Positions 11,053 to 30,369 are shown, numbered from the stretch's first letter. The stretch: DNA of 64,000 bases from Utricularia gibba (GCA_002189035.1 NEEC01000017.1:992001-1056000), one strand, 5' to 3'. A program made the numbers and translations. The notes: generated by a model not told the origin, from the letters alone.

Positions 11053-14000
11053 TTAATGAGCCTTGACTAGCAGTAAGCGGCACACACTGTGCGGCTTAAA
11101 TGTCTCATAAAATGGTTTCAGTCGATGTCCATTCACCTTAATGCTTTTCCTTGTCTCAAATGAACGAATAATAATAGCACTAGAAGGAAAAACATTCACA
11201 ACTTCATAAGATCCAAGCCACTTAGAACATAATTTATCGGGAAAGAGTTTCAAGGTAGTATGAAACAAGAGAACTTTTTGATCTACTAAAAATTGCTTCC
11301 CATTTAACTTACTATCATGGAAGTGTTTTACCTTTTCCTTGTGCAGGAGCTGGTTAGTGTAGGCATTGAGGCGAATTTCCTCCAACTCATTCAGGTTCAA
11401 GAGTCTGTTCTCTCCAGCTTGATCACTAGTCAGGTTGCATGACTTGACGGCCCAATATGCTCTATGATGTAATTCAAAAGGAAGATGACATGTCTTGCCA
11501 TAAATCATTCAGTATGGAGACATTCCTATAGGATTCTTGTAAGCAGTACAATATGCCCAGAGTGCATCATGAACCTTAAGCTCCAATCTCGCCTATTTAG
11601 GTTCACGGTACGCTCCAAGATCCTTTTCACCTCTCTATTTAACACTTTTGCCATGCCATTTGTTTGAAGATGTCTAGCTGTGGACAGGTGGTGGTTGACT
11701 CCATACTTTACCAATGCACTCTTGGTGGCATGATTCACGAAATGGGTGCCACGATCTGAAATTATAATCTTGAGATGTCCAAACCTAGGAAATAAGATGT
11801 TAGTCAAGAAATTACCCATGGTTTTGGCATCATTCTTTTCACAAGCAATGGCTTCCATCCATTTAGAAACATAATCTACAACAAGAAGGATGTAGAGCTT
11901 CCCTTGAGGAGGAAATGGTCCAATAAAGTCAATGCCCCATGCATCAAAGATGTCACACATGATAATGGGTTGAAGGGGCATTTGATCTTTATATCACAAA
12001 TTTCCTCCTCTTTGATAATCTGGGCACGCCTTGCAATGAAGGGGCATCCTTGAATATTGTAGGTCAATAAAATCTAGCCTCCGAAACCTTCTTTGCAGTA
12101 ACTTTTGCACCAAAATGTCCACCGCAAGGTAACTCATGACAATATGAAAGAATAGAGTGCACTTCATCTTGGGGAATGCATCTCCTAATAATCTGATCAG
12201 CTCCAATTTTCTAGAGATATGGATCATCCCAAATGAAATTCAGGCTGTCACTCCTCAATTTCTCCTTTTGGTAGTGCTGGAAATGTGCAGGAAATTGTCA
12301 AGTCACTAAAAAATTTACAATGTCAGCGTACTAGGGACTCTCGTCATGGATCATGAATAAGCATTCGTCCGGGAAGCTATCATCGATAAGACTTGATTTC
12401 TCTCCAGAAGTGATGCGGCTGAGATGGTCTGCAACTGAATTCTCGCATCCTTTCTTATCCTTGATCTCCAAGTCGAATTCTTGAAGCAATAAAATCTATC
12501 TAATGAGTCTAGGCTTCAAATCCTTCTTGGTGAGGAGATATCTCAATGCGGCATGGTCCGAATAGACTATCACTTTGACTCCTAACAAATAAGATCGAAA
12601 TTTCTCAAAGGCAAACACAATGGCCAGCAGCTCCTTTTCTATAGTGGTGTAGCTCTTTTGGGCATCATCAAGGCACTTGGACGCATAGTGCATCACACAT
12701 TAGTTCAAAAGGTAGACTCCAATTTGGAGCTTGGATAATGGGAGCTGAAACAAGCTTCTCTTTTAAAACAACAAAAGCATGCATGCATTTTTCATCAAAA
12801 TGAAACTCAACATCCTTATGCAACAAGGCACACAAAGGAGATGCAATTTTTGAAAAATCCTGAATAAATCTACGATAAAAACCCGCATGTCAAAGGAAAG
12901 AACGTGCATCTCTCACACAAGTGGGAAAAGGTAATTTTTGGATTACCTCAATCTTGGCCTTGTCAACCTCAATTCCCTTTTGGGAAACAACATATCCTAA
13001 AATGATACCTTGTTCTACCATGAAATGACATTTCTCATAATTCAAAACAAGGTTAGTTTCAACACAATGCTTCAAAATCAATGACAAGTTAGCAAGGCAT
13101 TCATCAAAGCTATTTCCATAAACCGTAAAGTCATCAATAAAAACCTCAATGATATTCTCAACATATTCAGAAAAAATACTAACCATGCATCTCTGAAATG
13201 TTGCTGGTGCATTGCAAAGTCCAAAAGATATTTTATGGTAAGCAAAAGTACCAAAAGAGCAAACGAAAACAACCTTAGATTGATCCTCAATAGCCACAGG
13301 TATTTGATGGAAACCGGAGTATCCATCCAAGCAGCAGTAGTGGCTCCTTCCAACAAGTCTTTCCAACATTTTGTTGATGAATGGACGTGGGTAGTGGTCC
13401 TTCTTGGTGGTTGTGTTCAATTTTTGGTAATCAACCCACATTCGCCAGCCATTTTTTACTCCGGTAGGCAGGAGTTCCCCTTGGTCATTGGCCATGACTG
13501 TGATATCTGTTTTCTTTGGGACAACCTGCACAGGGCTAACCCATTGACTATCATAAATATGATAGATTATACCTGCGGTCAACAACTTCAGAATCTCCTT
13601 TTTGACCAATCCAATCATAGGAGGTTTCAGTCTTCTTTGGGGTTGACGAATTGGTTTTGTTCCCTCCTCCAAATAGATACGGTGAGTACATATAGAGGGG
13701 TTTATTCCTTTGATATGTGCCAATGTCCACCCCAATTGCCTGTTTGCGCTCCTGGAGCACACTCTTGAGTTTTTCCTCCTATTCTAGGGTTAGTGTACTA
13801 GAGATAATAACAGGTAAAGTCTCATTTTCACCAACAAATAAATACTTAAATGTTCAGGCAGTGTTTTAAACTCTAGTAATGGTGCATGAGTAACAGAAGG
13901 AATCAACTATTTCTCAAGAATTTTCAAACTCAAAAAAGCAACGTCTGAAAATTCAGGATTTTCAGGAAAATAATCAAGATAACCTAAAAGTTCGACATCG

Positions 14001-16528
14001 GAAAAAGAAATACGATCAGAATCAAAGTTTTATATAAGGCATTTGAGCAAGGGGTCTTGCTCATAGACCATCGCTAAGTGTCCTACATCTGTGTCAGATG
14101 TAGAAATGGAGCAAATCTCGTTAACTTGCTCTGGATACTGCATGGCTTTGTATAGGCTGAAGTCCAGCACCTGTTCATCGAACTGTAGAGAGATTGTGCC
14201 GGCTTGAACATCAATTTTGGTGCCTGCAATTGCCATCAATGGTCATCCCAAAATGATGGACTTCGAAATCATGGGATTTTCACTCTCCATGGGAATAAAT
14301 AAAAAGTCAGCAAAAAAAAATCAAATCCTGAACATGAACAAACACATTATAAACTCTACCATCAAGCTTCACATGTGATCTATCAGCTAGTTGACAAACA
14401 ACACTAGTAGGTTCAAGTTTATCTAGCTTAGATGCAAGGGAAAGATAGAGAGACCTAGGCATAACATTAACCGATGCTCCTAAATCACACATGACAACTG
14501 AAATTTTGGTCTCAACAATAGTAACATGTATGGAAAACATACCTGGATTCTTACACTTTCGTGAAAGCCTTCTCTGAATAATTGTTGAAATATTTTCAGT
14601 CAAGGGAATTACCTCTTCCACTTTTTCCTTCTTCTTGGGATCGCACAAATCCTTCAACATTTTTGCGTATTTTGGCACTTGATCAATCATGTCCAGCAAG
14701 GGAATGTTCATGTTAACCTTCTTCATCACCTCTATGAATGCCTTCAGTCCACGTTTATCCTTGCTTTTCCTTCGAAGTCTCATAGGAAAAGGTGGAATGA
14801 CTAGAGACTTGGAAAGATCAACTTCTTGCAGCTCCTTCTCCTTCACTTCTTCAGGTGGTGTCAGTACAACAGTGTTATGGACTAGAGAATCATCAGGATT
14901 CTCTAAAATAATCTCCTCATCCACATCATCATCATTTTCCAAGACTTCTAATTCTTTTTCTTCAGATCTGTCCACCTTAGTCATGAACAATGGGTAAGGT
15001 TTCGATAGATCCTTACCACTTCTTAAAGATATTGCGTTGATGTGTTCTAGGTTCTTCATTGGCTGGGATGGTAGTGTGCCTTGCATCTCCAGTCGGTTCA
15101 TGGCTAGTACCAACTGGGTGATTTGAGTTTACATGCTTGTGATTCGTCCATCCATATCTTTTTGTGCGGCATGCATCTTGGTGGTGCTCTTAGCAAGGGA
15201 CTTCACCATGGACTCTAGATTATGATTTGGCTGATAAGAAACAAGAAGTTGATCTGGAACTCCAGTGATTTTGCAAAGGTTGAGGTGGAGCAGTGAGAGT
15301 TTTCTGAGGAATAGCAGAAGGGTTCCCTAGTGATGGGGCTTGACCAGGAGGTACTGGTTGTCTCCAGTGGAAACCAGGGTGATCTCTTTTTGGCATTTGA
15401 TAGTTTCCGTAATTGTAGGTTCCTTCTTGATTCTGGTAGAATGCGTTCACCTCTTCTGTTGGCATCTCATGTATCATAGGTCCTGGATCAGAAAGATGAG
15501 AGGTTGAAGATCCTTGATACCTTCCTTGTTGTTGGAGAAGTGATTGGAAGTCAAGCTTCAAGGTATCACTCATAGTAGCAAGCTGAGCTAAAACTTCAGA
15601 CTTGTCCACTTCATACACTGATTTTACAGGCTGAGATATTACTCCAGGTGCTTAGTATGGGTGGTCATAACGACTGGAGCTAGAATAAGAATTGGCAGCC
15701 ATTTGCTCTATCAATCTTCGGACGTCAACGTTGTGGCGGTTCTCTAGTAATGACCCATTACAAGCGGCATCCATTTGTCCTTTGATCATGGGAGTCAGTC
15801 CTTCATAAAAATGTTGTAAAATTTGGCCTTCATTAAGTCCATGCTATGGGTAAGTGTTACAGATCTGGTTGAATCTATCATAATACTCCTGTAAATTCTC
15901 TCCTTCACTTTGTAACATGGTAGCTAAAGCTCTTCTTCCGGCGGAGGCTCTTCCTAGGAGCGTATATTGATCAAGAAATTTCTAAACTATTTGTTCCCAG
16001 GTTGCAATAGAGGAAGGTGGCAATCCATACAGCCACTCCAAGGCTCGCTCAGTGAGACTGAAAGGGAAGACCCGCAACTTGACTTGGTTCTCCATGGCAC
16101 CTTTTGGGCACAAGCCGTGTGTAACTCTCTAACATGACGATTTGGGTCGTCATTCTCTCTCTCAGCGAACTTAGGAAGTGTCTGGAACATATATGGGCAA
16201 AGCTCAAAGTCCTCTTCCGCTTCAAAGATGATACAAAGTGGTTGGTCAGCATGGTTGGCAGTGATTTCCTCTTTTATGGTACTTAGTGTTGGGTCATGAT
16301 TAGTGATGGGCAGAACTAGAAAAAATTGCGGATGTTGTTGCTCCTATTCTCCTGCATTGTGGGGACTCTAGTAGGTGCTTGAGCAACCATTTCTTCTTCA
16401 ATAGATGAATTGAAATTTAATTCTTGCTTTTTCGCTAGAAATGTGCACTCAATCTCCGGATCAAAGAGGCACAAGATTTCTCGATAGGATCTCAAGCTTT
16501 GGTGACCCTTTGGTGGAGCTGAATGCAT
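11053..16528 (-). pseudogene. Athila gag-pol (gag, aspartic protease, RT, RNase H, integrase), disrupted
   Basis: FDPEIE; LPKF...DPNRH; CDLGASVNVMP; LDGYSGFHQIP; FGLCNAPATFQRCM; VFIDDFTVYG; [10 protein letters not shown]; [13 protein letters not shown]; GKTCHLPFEL. Confidence 0.92.
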
Positions 16529-16640
16529 AAAAATAAAGAAAAACAACAGCAAAACATAAACGAAAGAAAAACAAGAAGAAAGATAGAAAAAGAAAACAAA
16601 AAGAAAAATTATACACAACAGGAAACACAAAAATACACAA

Positions 16641-16659
16641 CTCCCCGGCAACTGCGCTA
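16641..16659 (-). other. Degenerate Athila primer-binding site
   Basis: Minus strand TAGCGCAGTTGCCGGGGAG versus the typical Athila TGGCGCCGTTGCCGGGGA, immediately inside the 5' LTR. Confidence 0.8.
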
Positions 16660-16665
16660 AAAATT

Positions 16666-19160
16666 TGTTGCGTGTCATTTCCTCAGCAAATTTTAAATAT
16701 GTAAAACGTAAAACACAAAAGAACGTAGTATGATTATCGATCTATGCGAGTTGAGTTTTGCAAAAAGTGTTTTGTAGGAAACTTTTACAAATTGTCACGG
16801 ATTTGAGAAGAGGGTTTTTGAAGTACAAGAAATAAAGATACAACCTAAGTAATGGACCTTGACTACGGGACATAGTTCCTAGGAATGAGATTCCACATCC
16901 TTCCTCCGTCTATCCTTGCCTCGGCTTTCACTGATTCCTTCCAAATAGCTAGTTATAGGAGCAAGGAATTGCCTACTCTCCCTTACACTCTGCTCGACAA
17001 GGAGGCACGAGAATAGCCTCATGTGATTCCCCCTTGGATGATTAAGAAGACAAGAGGATTGCCGTCAATTGCCTTCAAAACCGAATTGTGCGCGTGTGCC
17101 TAGCTGTTGCCAATGACCAGTGGCGAGCATGAGGTCACTACTCGTCCACTGTCGCGGTACCTTGGTCACAAACAATTCGCTACTTCCCTCAAACCGGTAG
17201 GGTTGGAGTTGATGCTCTTCACCTTGCTCTTCATCAAAATCCGCAATAAGTGGCCGGCTACTCATGGATCATGACTGATAACACCATTTTTGTTGTGTTT
17301 TTATATATGTTTTTAAGTGTGTTTTGTAGGGTTCAATGTTGCTTAGGGTGCTAAAATGTCTTCTTTTGTGCATTCAGTCTGTTAAAATGTGTTTATTGTG
17401 AAAATAGGCTCAATTGGCAACAATTGAGCCGAAAATTCTAATATTTCGTCTAGTATGTGTTTTAAGTCTTACCAGGGTAAGAGCTAGTACTGCAGCAACG
17501 TACTTTCCGCCGAAAGTAGCCGCCCTTCTGAAGAGATAAGATATGGAGTAGAGATCTCCCTTCTAGAAGACTGAGGAAAGGACAATACTACCCTTAATTT
17601 TGAGGTGCAAAAGGAAAAAGGAAGGGAGAGAAGAAGGGAAGTACACTGTGCACGTAGAGTGCACAGATAGCGAACAGGAGCAAGCAGGAGCGAGGAGAAC
17701 GTTGTTTCTCCGGCGAAAGTCTCTGGCGACCTCCAGATCTGCGTGTCTACACCACCGTTCCGGCCAGAACTTCGATTTCCAACAGATCTCCAGCCCACAT
17801 AAGCATCCTGCAACTTTTATTTATAGATTTCTGCACTCCCTTTTCTACGTGAACTTGCTACTGTTATTGCCGTCGTTTTTATGCTTTCTGTTGCTTTTCG
17901 ATACCTTACTGTGAACGGGAAACTCATTGTAGACCTTGCCTTAGTTTATAAACATGTTTCTGTTTAAGCTTTTCATGTATGCCTTTAAGTTTAACGCGCT
18001 TTTACTGTTCTTGCGAACCATGCTCTGTTTCTGCAAACTATTACTCTATTTTCAAGGGTTCCAAGCTGGGTTTAAGCCTAAGGGCTCTCTTGAGTGACAC
18101 AAGAGCTAGACCCTGGTGTAAAACCCAGCCAAATTACTTTTATTTTATGCTTCATGCACCTTCATGTTAATTGCAGTCTCTCTTCATCCTTGCAACTCGT
18201 TTATTCCAGTAACTGTTATTTTACGTCTTACCCGCATTAGACTTAAATCCCAGAAAACCCCCCTGTTTCCAGTAAATATGTTAAACTTCAGAAAATTGCA
18301 ACCATTCCCTATGGATTCGACCCTTGCTTGCCACACTACATTAATTCTTGTGATTTGTGTAGTATAATAGCTCGGTTTATAAATTTCTTTTGATGCGTTG
18401 AATGTGCTAAACCGCGACATTTAGCAACCCATTCCAACGTTCATCAATGACTAGGAGTCGTTATAGAAAAACTGCAAAAAGACGCATAGAAGTATGCAAA
18501 ATCCGGATTGAATTCAGAGAAAAACCAAGTGGAATGCTCAAGACTTGGAAGGAAACTTCATCTACTCCCAAAAACTAAAGGGTTTTAGCCACACACTGCC
18601 ATGGAAACAGAAACGAATATGGAAGCTAAGTGTTCTTTGTCCCTTAGAGGAGAGGAAGAACCTAAAAGTTCTAAGTACCAAGACAAGTGCAAAAAGGTTC
18701 AAAAGTTCCGAAAATAAATGTTCCAAGTTGTTTTTATATCACTCTCCACGTGCATTAACTTCTTATGAGCCCCTTCCCATCATTCCTTTTGTATTTCGTG
18801 TGCCACCAGCTTTCCATTGCGTGCAAGTTAGCATCCAATCATTTCTGCAGACTTTGACATACTGTAAGTCAAGGACCTTTACTAGTGTTAGTGTTCCATC
18901 CACAATCATTCCAAGTCACGTGCAAGGCATGAAAAGTCAGAGTCTGACCACCTGCAATACTCATGCCACACTCCACGACTGCCTCCTGACATATCTTAGT
19001 CAGAGTGCACGAAAAAGATAGAGAAAATATATACAAAATAGAAAAATAGGATTTTTCTAAGAAAATCAATTAATTATCAATATAATTCCTAATTAGATGA
19101 CTTAACACTAGATTAATACATAATAATACCTAATAATAAACTAGAAAATGACACTTAACA
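16666..19160 (-). repeat. Athila-type 5' LTR interrupted by a solo LTR (1319 bp without insert and extra TSD)
   Basis: Aligns with 6917-8221 on both sides of the insertion. Confidence 0.92.
17276..18446 (+). mobile_element. Solo LTR (1171 bp) of a different, probably Athila-like gypsy family
   Basis: TGATAAC...GTTCATCA termini; perfect TSD ATGAC (17271-17275, 18447-18451); absent from the partner LTR; no coding sequence. Orientation is inferred from base composition only. Confidence 0.88.
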
Positions 19161-20153
19161 GTTTATGATCCAATATTCTTCTAGGGGAACAATATTGGAT
19201 TCTATAGTCAAAAGTATCAATACTTCCTCTTGGTTAGCGTTTCCCAGCATCCTTTGACTGGAGCTATAGGCATGCTTGGGTAGAACCAGAATTTCTTCTT
19301 CAGCTTCAGTGGTAAAGGCAGCATCCTCTCTTTTGAATTTGTTTTTATTGTTATCATCCCTGTCATATTGTTGGGTGTGCAGCCAATATCTGCATTGACT
19401 CTTGAGATACCCCAGTTTTTTGCTATAGAAACAGGACCTGGTTTCCTTTTGTGCATCTCTCTTTGATTCTGAGGGTTGTTCTATGCAGTTCTAGCCCTTT
19501 TGTTTTGATTCCTTCTTGAATCTACTATGGCCTTTGTATCTGGTGTTTCCTTTGTGCTCCGTGACCACTAGTGTTCCCTTGGAGGTTGATCCATTTGAGA
19601 GACACCATTGTTCTTCTTGCAGGAGAGCATTTGCCACTCTGTCAAACTCTAATTTGTCCAGGAAATTGTTGTTGAGAGTGATCACCATTGTCTCCCAACT
19701 TGGTGGTAGAGTGTCCAGGAGTTTGATAGCTTGTGTTTCATCATCAAAAGACATACCAGCAGCTATCATGCAATCTGCAATTTCCTGGAAATTACTGAGA
19801 TGTTCAGCCATTGAACCTCCATCTTTGAACTTCAGGTTGGACAACCTTTTATCCAGCATTATTTTGTTTTGAGGGTTGTTTGGTTGATAAATTTCCTCCA
19901 ATTTATTCCACAGCAGCTGGGCGTCTTCAAACTTTGAGATCCTATGTTGAATAGTTCTCTCAACATGTAGTAGTATGCGATGCTACTTTCAAGTGCAAGT
20001 CATTCCAGTCATCAGCTTGAAATTTTGCTGGTTTGGTTTTCCCCAACACCAAGGTTTCCAGAGGTCCTTGCAAACAAGAAGATACTTCATTGTGGATTTC
20101 CATGTGGCATAGTTCTGGGAGTTCAGTTTAAGCACAGACACTGAATCCTCCAT
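19161..20153 (-). pseudogene. Copia gag (UBN2/Retrotran_gag_2 type) to protease N-part, disrupted
   Basis: Starts MEDSVSVLKLNSQNYATW (ATG at 20153); ORF 19491-19901 ...LLDTLPPSWETMVITL; ends at W-I-I at the gypsy junction. Confidence 0.88.
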
Positions 20154-20307
20154 TTCCAATTGAAGAGTCGTAGCCTTAATCAGACAAGACTTAGCGTATC
20201 AGAAAGGTTTAAGAAGACCAGCAGCATGTTTATGGCCAAGAAACTGGAGTATATGGTGGCAGAAAATAGCAGCAGATCAGAATTTATCCCAAGAACATGC
20301 AACTGAA

Positions 20308-20319
20308 GCTCTGATACCA
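20308..20319 (-). other. Copia PBS (tRNA-iMet)
   Basis: TGGTATCAGAGC on the minus strand, 3 bp from the LTR. Confidence 0.95.
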
Positions 20320-20322
20320 GTT

Positions 20323-20801
20323 TGTTGCGAATTTCGTGACCAATTATCTTGTTAGCACAATCAAATGAGCAAAACAGAAAACTAAGAACCCAGAAATTTT
20401 AATGTGGAAAACCAAAAGAGGTAAAAACCACGGGTGCTCATCACACCAGACCGAAATCGCTTCACTAGTCAGCAAGATTCGTTTACAGGAGCAAAACAGC
20501 TCCAAGAAAACAGGCTTTACCGGCCAGATGTTCTTCTCTCGAAAAATGGGATGTAGTCATCGCCTTCTCCGTTTACAGGCTGGAGGTATGTCCAGGTGGG
20601 GGACAATTCGATCGCCGATCAAGAATTCTCAGCTGCTGAACTCCTGCTGCCCTCTTGCGACAAAAACTGCCATCAACGGTCACACCCCTAGAGCAGATTT
20701 ATATTATCATTGTTTGGGCTTTAATGCTTAAACTTAAGCTAGATTTGGGCCAAGACAATTGATCTCCAGCTCATTTGGGCTTGTGATATGTCAGCCCAAC
20801 A
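20323..20801 (-). repeat. Copia 5' LTR (479 bp)
   Basis: TGTTGCGAAT...CAGCCCAACA followed by the TSD CGCGA. Confidence 0.95.
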
Positions 20802-21566
20802 CGCGAGAGTGCAAATAGCTTCTTTAATTATGCATGTATATCTTGCATTTGGTATAATAAATTGTCTTTTGCATAACACTTCATAATATTTTAAATAATT
20901 ATTTTACAATGTCAACTTTGTATTTTCAATTGAATTGTCCATGCCATTTCGTTTACCTATGTGCAAGATGCGACTCAAATTTCTGAATTTGAAACATGTC
21001 ATTTTGATCTATAACTTTTACATCAAATTAAAAATTCATGATAGAAATGCGATAGCTTCATCAAGTTAAAACTTTTTGAAAAATATTTATTTGTAATAAT
21101 TGAAAATTTTTTTCTATTAATTTTACAATATCCCTAATGATTTATCTCATTCTCAAAATTTGTCATTACCAAAATATTTTAATTATGCATTTGATATTTG
21201 TTGTATATTTCTCCATATTTGAATGGAATAAAATTTTTCTCTTGATAGGTTAAAAAACTATCTCAATCAAGGAATGATTGTACATAATATGAAAGGAGTT
21301 ATAATTTCAAAACGATGATGATATTTCTTTTTAAATAGATAAAAATGATTATTCAAGATAAAAAATATTAATAAACGAAAAAATTATTGAAAATCAAGAA
21401 TTCAGAAATAAAAAATATTTAGAAATGAAGAATCGTATCATAAATAAATATTTTTATTAAAATTATTTCTGAATTAATTTTTGTAACTTGCATATCCAAC
21501 CATGCTTTTGAAAATACAAGGTGATGTATTCAGGATTCACGTTGAGGTACACAGACATGGCTTCCC

Positions 21567-24137
<2,571 letters not shown>

Positions 24138-24429
24138 TCATCGAAGAATATGTGCTTTCTTTCTCCTGCTGAAGAGATAAAACTCCATATAAAAATCCTC
24201 CCTTTCTTGAGACTTGAGCCACCCACCGTCTCACCCCAAGAAAATGCCGGAAAATTTCCCCTTCGCCTTTAATTTCATTATCCAGTCAGACATATTTTTC
24301 CCGGCTCCTTTATTCCTTATTATTTATTTATTTATTTACTTTATTTAATAATGTCTTAACATTCCGTAGTTGTGCCCTAGCAGTAGTGTATGCTGCTGTA
24401 AAAAAAATAATAATTAAAATGGCTTCCAA

Positions 24430-24865
24430 GTAATTGGGCCAGATGTGGGCCCATCTGAAAGTCGGGCCACACGCCGCCTATCTTCCATTTGTGGCCTGGT
24501 GAAGGCGGGATTTTGGATTGTAGGCCTGAGCTCCAACTATACAAGAAGCATACACAAATGTTTTAAAATTCAAAATTGAATCCAATTTAAATCTGATTCA
24601 ATTTAAATCTATAATTTTTTGGAATTAGATTTAATAATTTTTATAAAAAATTAAAAATAATTTTTCAATTTAAATGATTATTTTTATTTTGTAATGTTTT
24701 ATATTAATTTGAATCCAAAAATATAAGTAAAAACGAAAAATAGGTTGAACTCCATTTTAAAAGACTGATATTTACTACATTAAAAATATTAACAAATTTT
24801 CGTAAAATGGAATTCAAATGTGAGATTACATTAACATACCGTCGTCCTTTAGGTATAAATACCCG
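24430..24865. promoter_or_regulatory. Divergent promoter region MDAR4 / RNA helicase
   Basis: Site II motifs TGGGCC at 24435 and 24446; TATAAATA at 24854; telo-box TTAGGGTTT in the helicase 5'UTR intron (~25228). Confidence 0.55.
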
Positions 24866-25409
24866 CGAGGGTGCAAGGGGTGGGGGTGTTTGCCTGCGCT
24901 TCTGATATTTTCGTTTTCAGAAGCGTAGATTGGTTCTTCTCTAGACGCATTTTCCGGAGCCGCCTATAAGTGTTTGTTTTTCTTTTTACCAGTTGCGGAC
25001 CTTCTCGGTTTTGATCGAAGAGCGTCGGAGTGCGTAAGTTTCTTGTTCGCTGATTCCGAATCCGCTCAACGAACTATTTTTTTTCTGGTGAGTTTGAGGT
25101 TTTTGTTGGTATTGTGGTGCTGTTCTGAGGCTCCGATCTCAAATATGTGGATTATCTGGATCTATGGTTTTTTTTTTTTTTTTTTTTTGCGAGATTGCAT
25201 GTTGATTTTGTGAATGAAAGCGTGAAAATTAGGGTTTCGCATCACGATTTAACTCTTTGGGCGAGCATTCTTGTGTCGTGCTTTGTGAGTGGTTTATGTT
25301 GACAGATAAATAGATGATACTCATTGTTTGGGCTGACCTTTGAGTTTCTCTTCACTTACGGTTCTGATGGTTTTCATATTACGCTTCAGGATAACGGGGG
25401 GCATTTTCA

Positions 25410-28876
<3,467 letters not shown>

Positions 28877-29310
28877 GCCCTCTCTCCAACCTTGATCGTG
28901 GCGGAATCCTTGTGAAATTGAGTGGGCAACAGGATTGGCACAACTGGTTTTTGGGAAGATTGCCGCATTTACCCTCCTCTTTTGCCTGGCCTTTCCATAC
29001 CAGTTCCGTGTGCATTTTGTTGCCGATGATCTGTTCGCATCTGCATCTCGCACACCCTTGTGCCTTACTGCCGCTGTTGCTCTCTCATTGGATTCCCCAT
29101 CAATTTTTTCCCCTAGTATCGGGTGTCATCATGTGTTCTTTGATCAACATTTTTCTTGAAATTGGGAGTGATGAACACGATTCGATGGAAAATCCGTATG
29201 ACAAAACATGCAGTTAGCCTAACATCGTCGCAGTTAGCAGATGCAAACAACAAAAGTCCTGTTGCCAAAAAAGCAAGGGATAAGGAATGAGGATCAGGTA
29301 GGCGGCTAAC

Positions 29311-30146
29311 TCACTCGTCTTTCTTACTAGCTGCTCTCGCACGATGCCTCAGCTCAGCTTTCTTCCATTTCACAATTAGATAACACAGCGAAAACAACGA
29401 GTTCACCTGCAGAAAAGGGAGCATGATTCTTCTACAGATGCGAACTGAGAAAAACAGAAGAGAAGAATGCGAGCCCACCAATATCACTATCGCAATCACC
29501 AGGAGTGGGCCTGACCAAAGCACCGAGAGGAAAACGCCGTTGGGGTCAAAATAATTCTGGCCTGCAAAACTTTTCCAGTTTCTGGCTAGCAGATGGTTCA
29601 GCCTCTCAGCGAGGTACACTCCTCCAACTGCACAGTTGTTTGTGAAATGAGAATGAATAAAACTAACTCCACAAACTCATACTTGCACTCAAGGTTGAGT
29701 TTCCACTGAAATACTAAGCGAAGGGAGCATACGCGCAAGAAGGAACAAGCACATCTGAAAGTTCATGTGCTTCCTCGACAGTAAAGCTACCACCAGAAAC
29801 AACGCGTGGAAGGAAAGCAGGCTTAACAACCAAGGCTCCTGCAGTCACAGCATCACACGCTTCATAACTTCCATCAATAGAGTAACGGCCAGCAACGCCA
29901 TTTGTCTTAATTTATGCGAATCAAAACAAAACCGCACACAAAATCTCAATTCTGGTTTCTGATCACCCCGAAGAGTAAACTAGAATTAGAAAAAGAGACA
30001 ACTACCTTCCAGTTAACCGCGTGGTAGAATCCCATGAAATTTTCATAGGCGGGTTTCAGTCCAGAACGCAGTTCTACCGTGAGGTTTCCGACAAGATCTG
30101 CCATCAGATCCATGTGTGCGTTTAATGCAGACTGAATCTCCTCCAT
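29311..30146 (-). CDS. TMEM18: Transmembrane protein 18 homologue (spliced)
   Basis: MEEIQSALNAHMDLM...FYHAVNWKEPWL; VYLAERLN; QNYFDPNGVFLSVLWSGPLL; KWKKAELRHRAR. Confidence 0.88.
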
Positions 30147-30369
30147 CCTTCTAGCTTTCCACGAATTGTGCTGCACTCCGTGATTTGTAAGTTTTGGAAA
30201 CCAGGAACGCAACCGCAATGCGGAGTCAAGGTATGCTAGCAATAAGTGGAATTCTCACCTCGTGATTCACGATCGCATAAGGAAGATGACTTCGGGTATC
30301 TCACAGAGACCGACCTGCCTGCACTCCCCGCGGTGAGCCTGTGAGGGCGAAGCGAAGAAGCTCTCCCAT

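Larger units (their letters stand above)
6917..19160 (-). mobile_element. Athila-type Ty3/gypsy LTR retrotransposon with env-like region, nested in the copia protease gene
   Basis: LTRs 6917-8221 and 16666-19160; degenerate Athila PBS (TAGCGCAGTTGCCGGGGAG); order gag-PR-RT-RH-INT plus an extra downstream ORF; degenerate TSD GTCTC/GTTTA. Confidence 0.92.
3362..20801 (-). mobile_element. Full-length decayed Ty1/copia LTR retrotransposon (Tnt1-like) hosting a nested gypsy element
   Basis: Two TG..CA LTRs; perfect 5-bp TSD CGCGA (3357-3361 and 20802-20806); PBS TGGTATCAGAGC; PPT; domain order gag-PR-INT-RT-RH. Confidence 0.95.
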
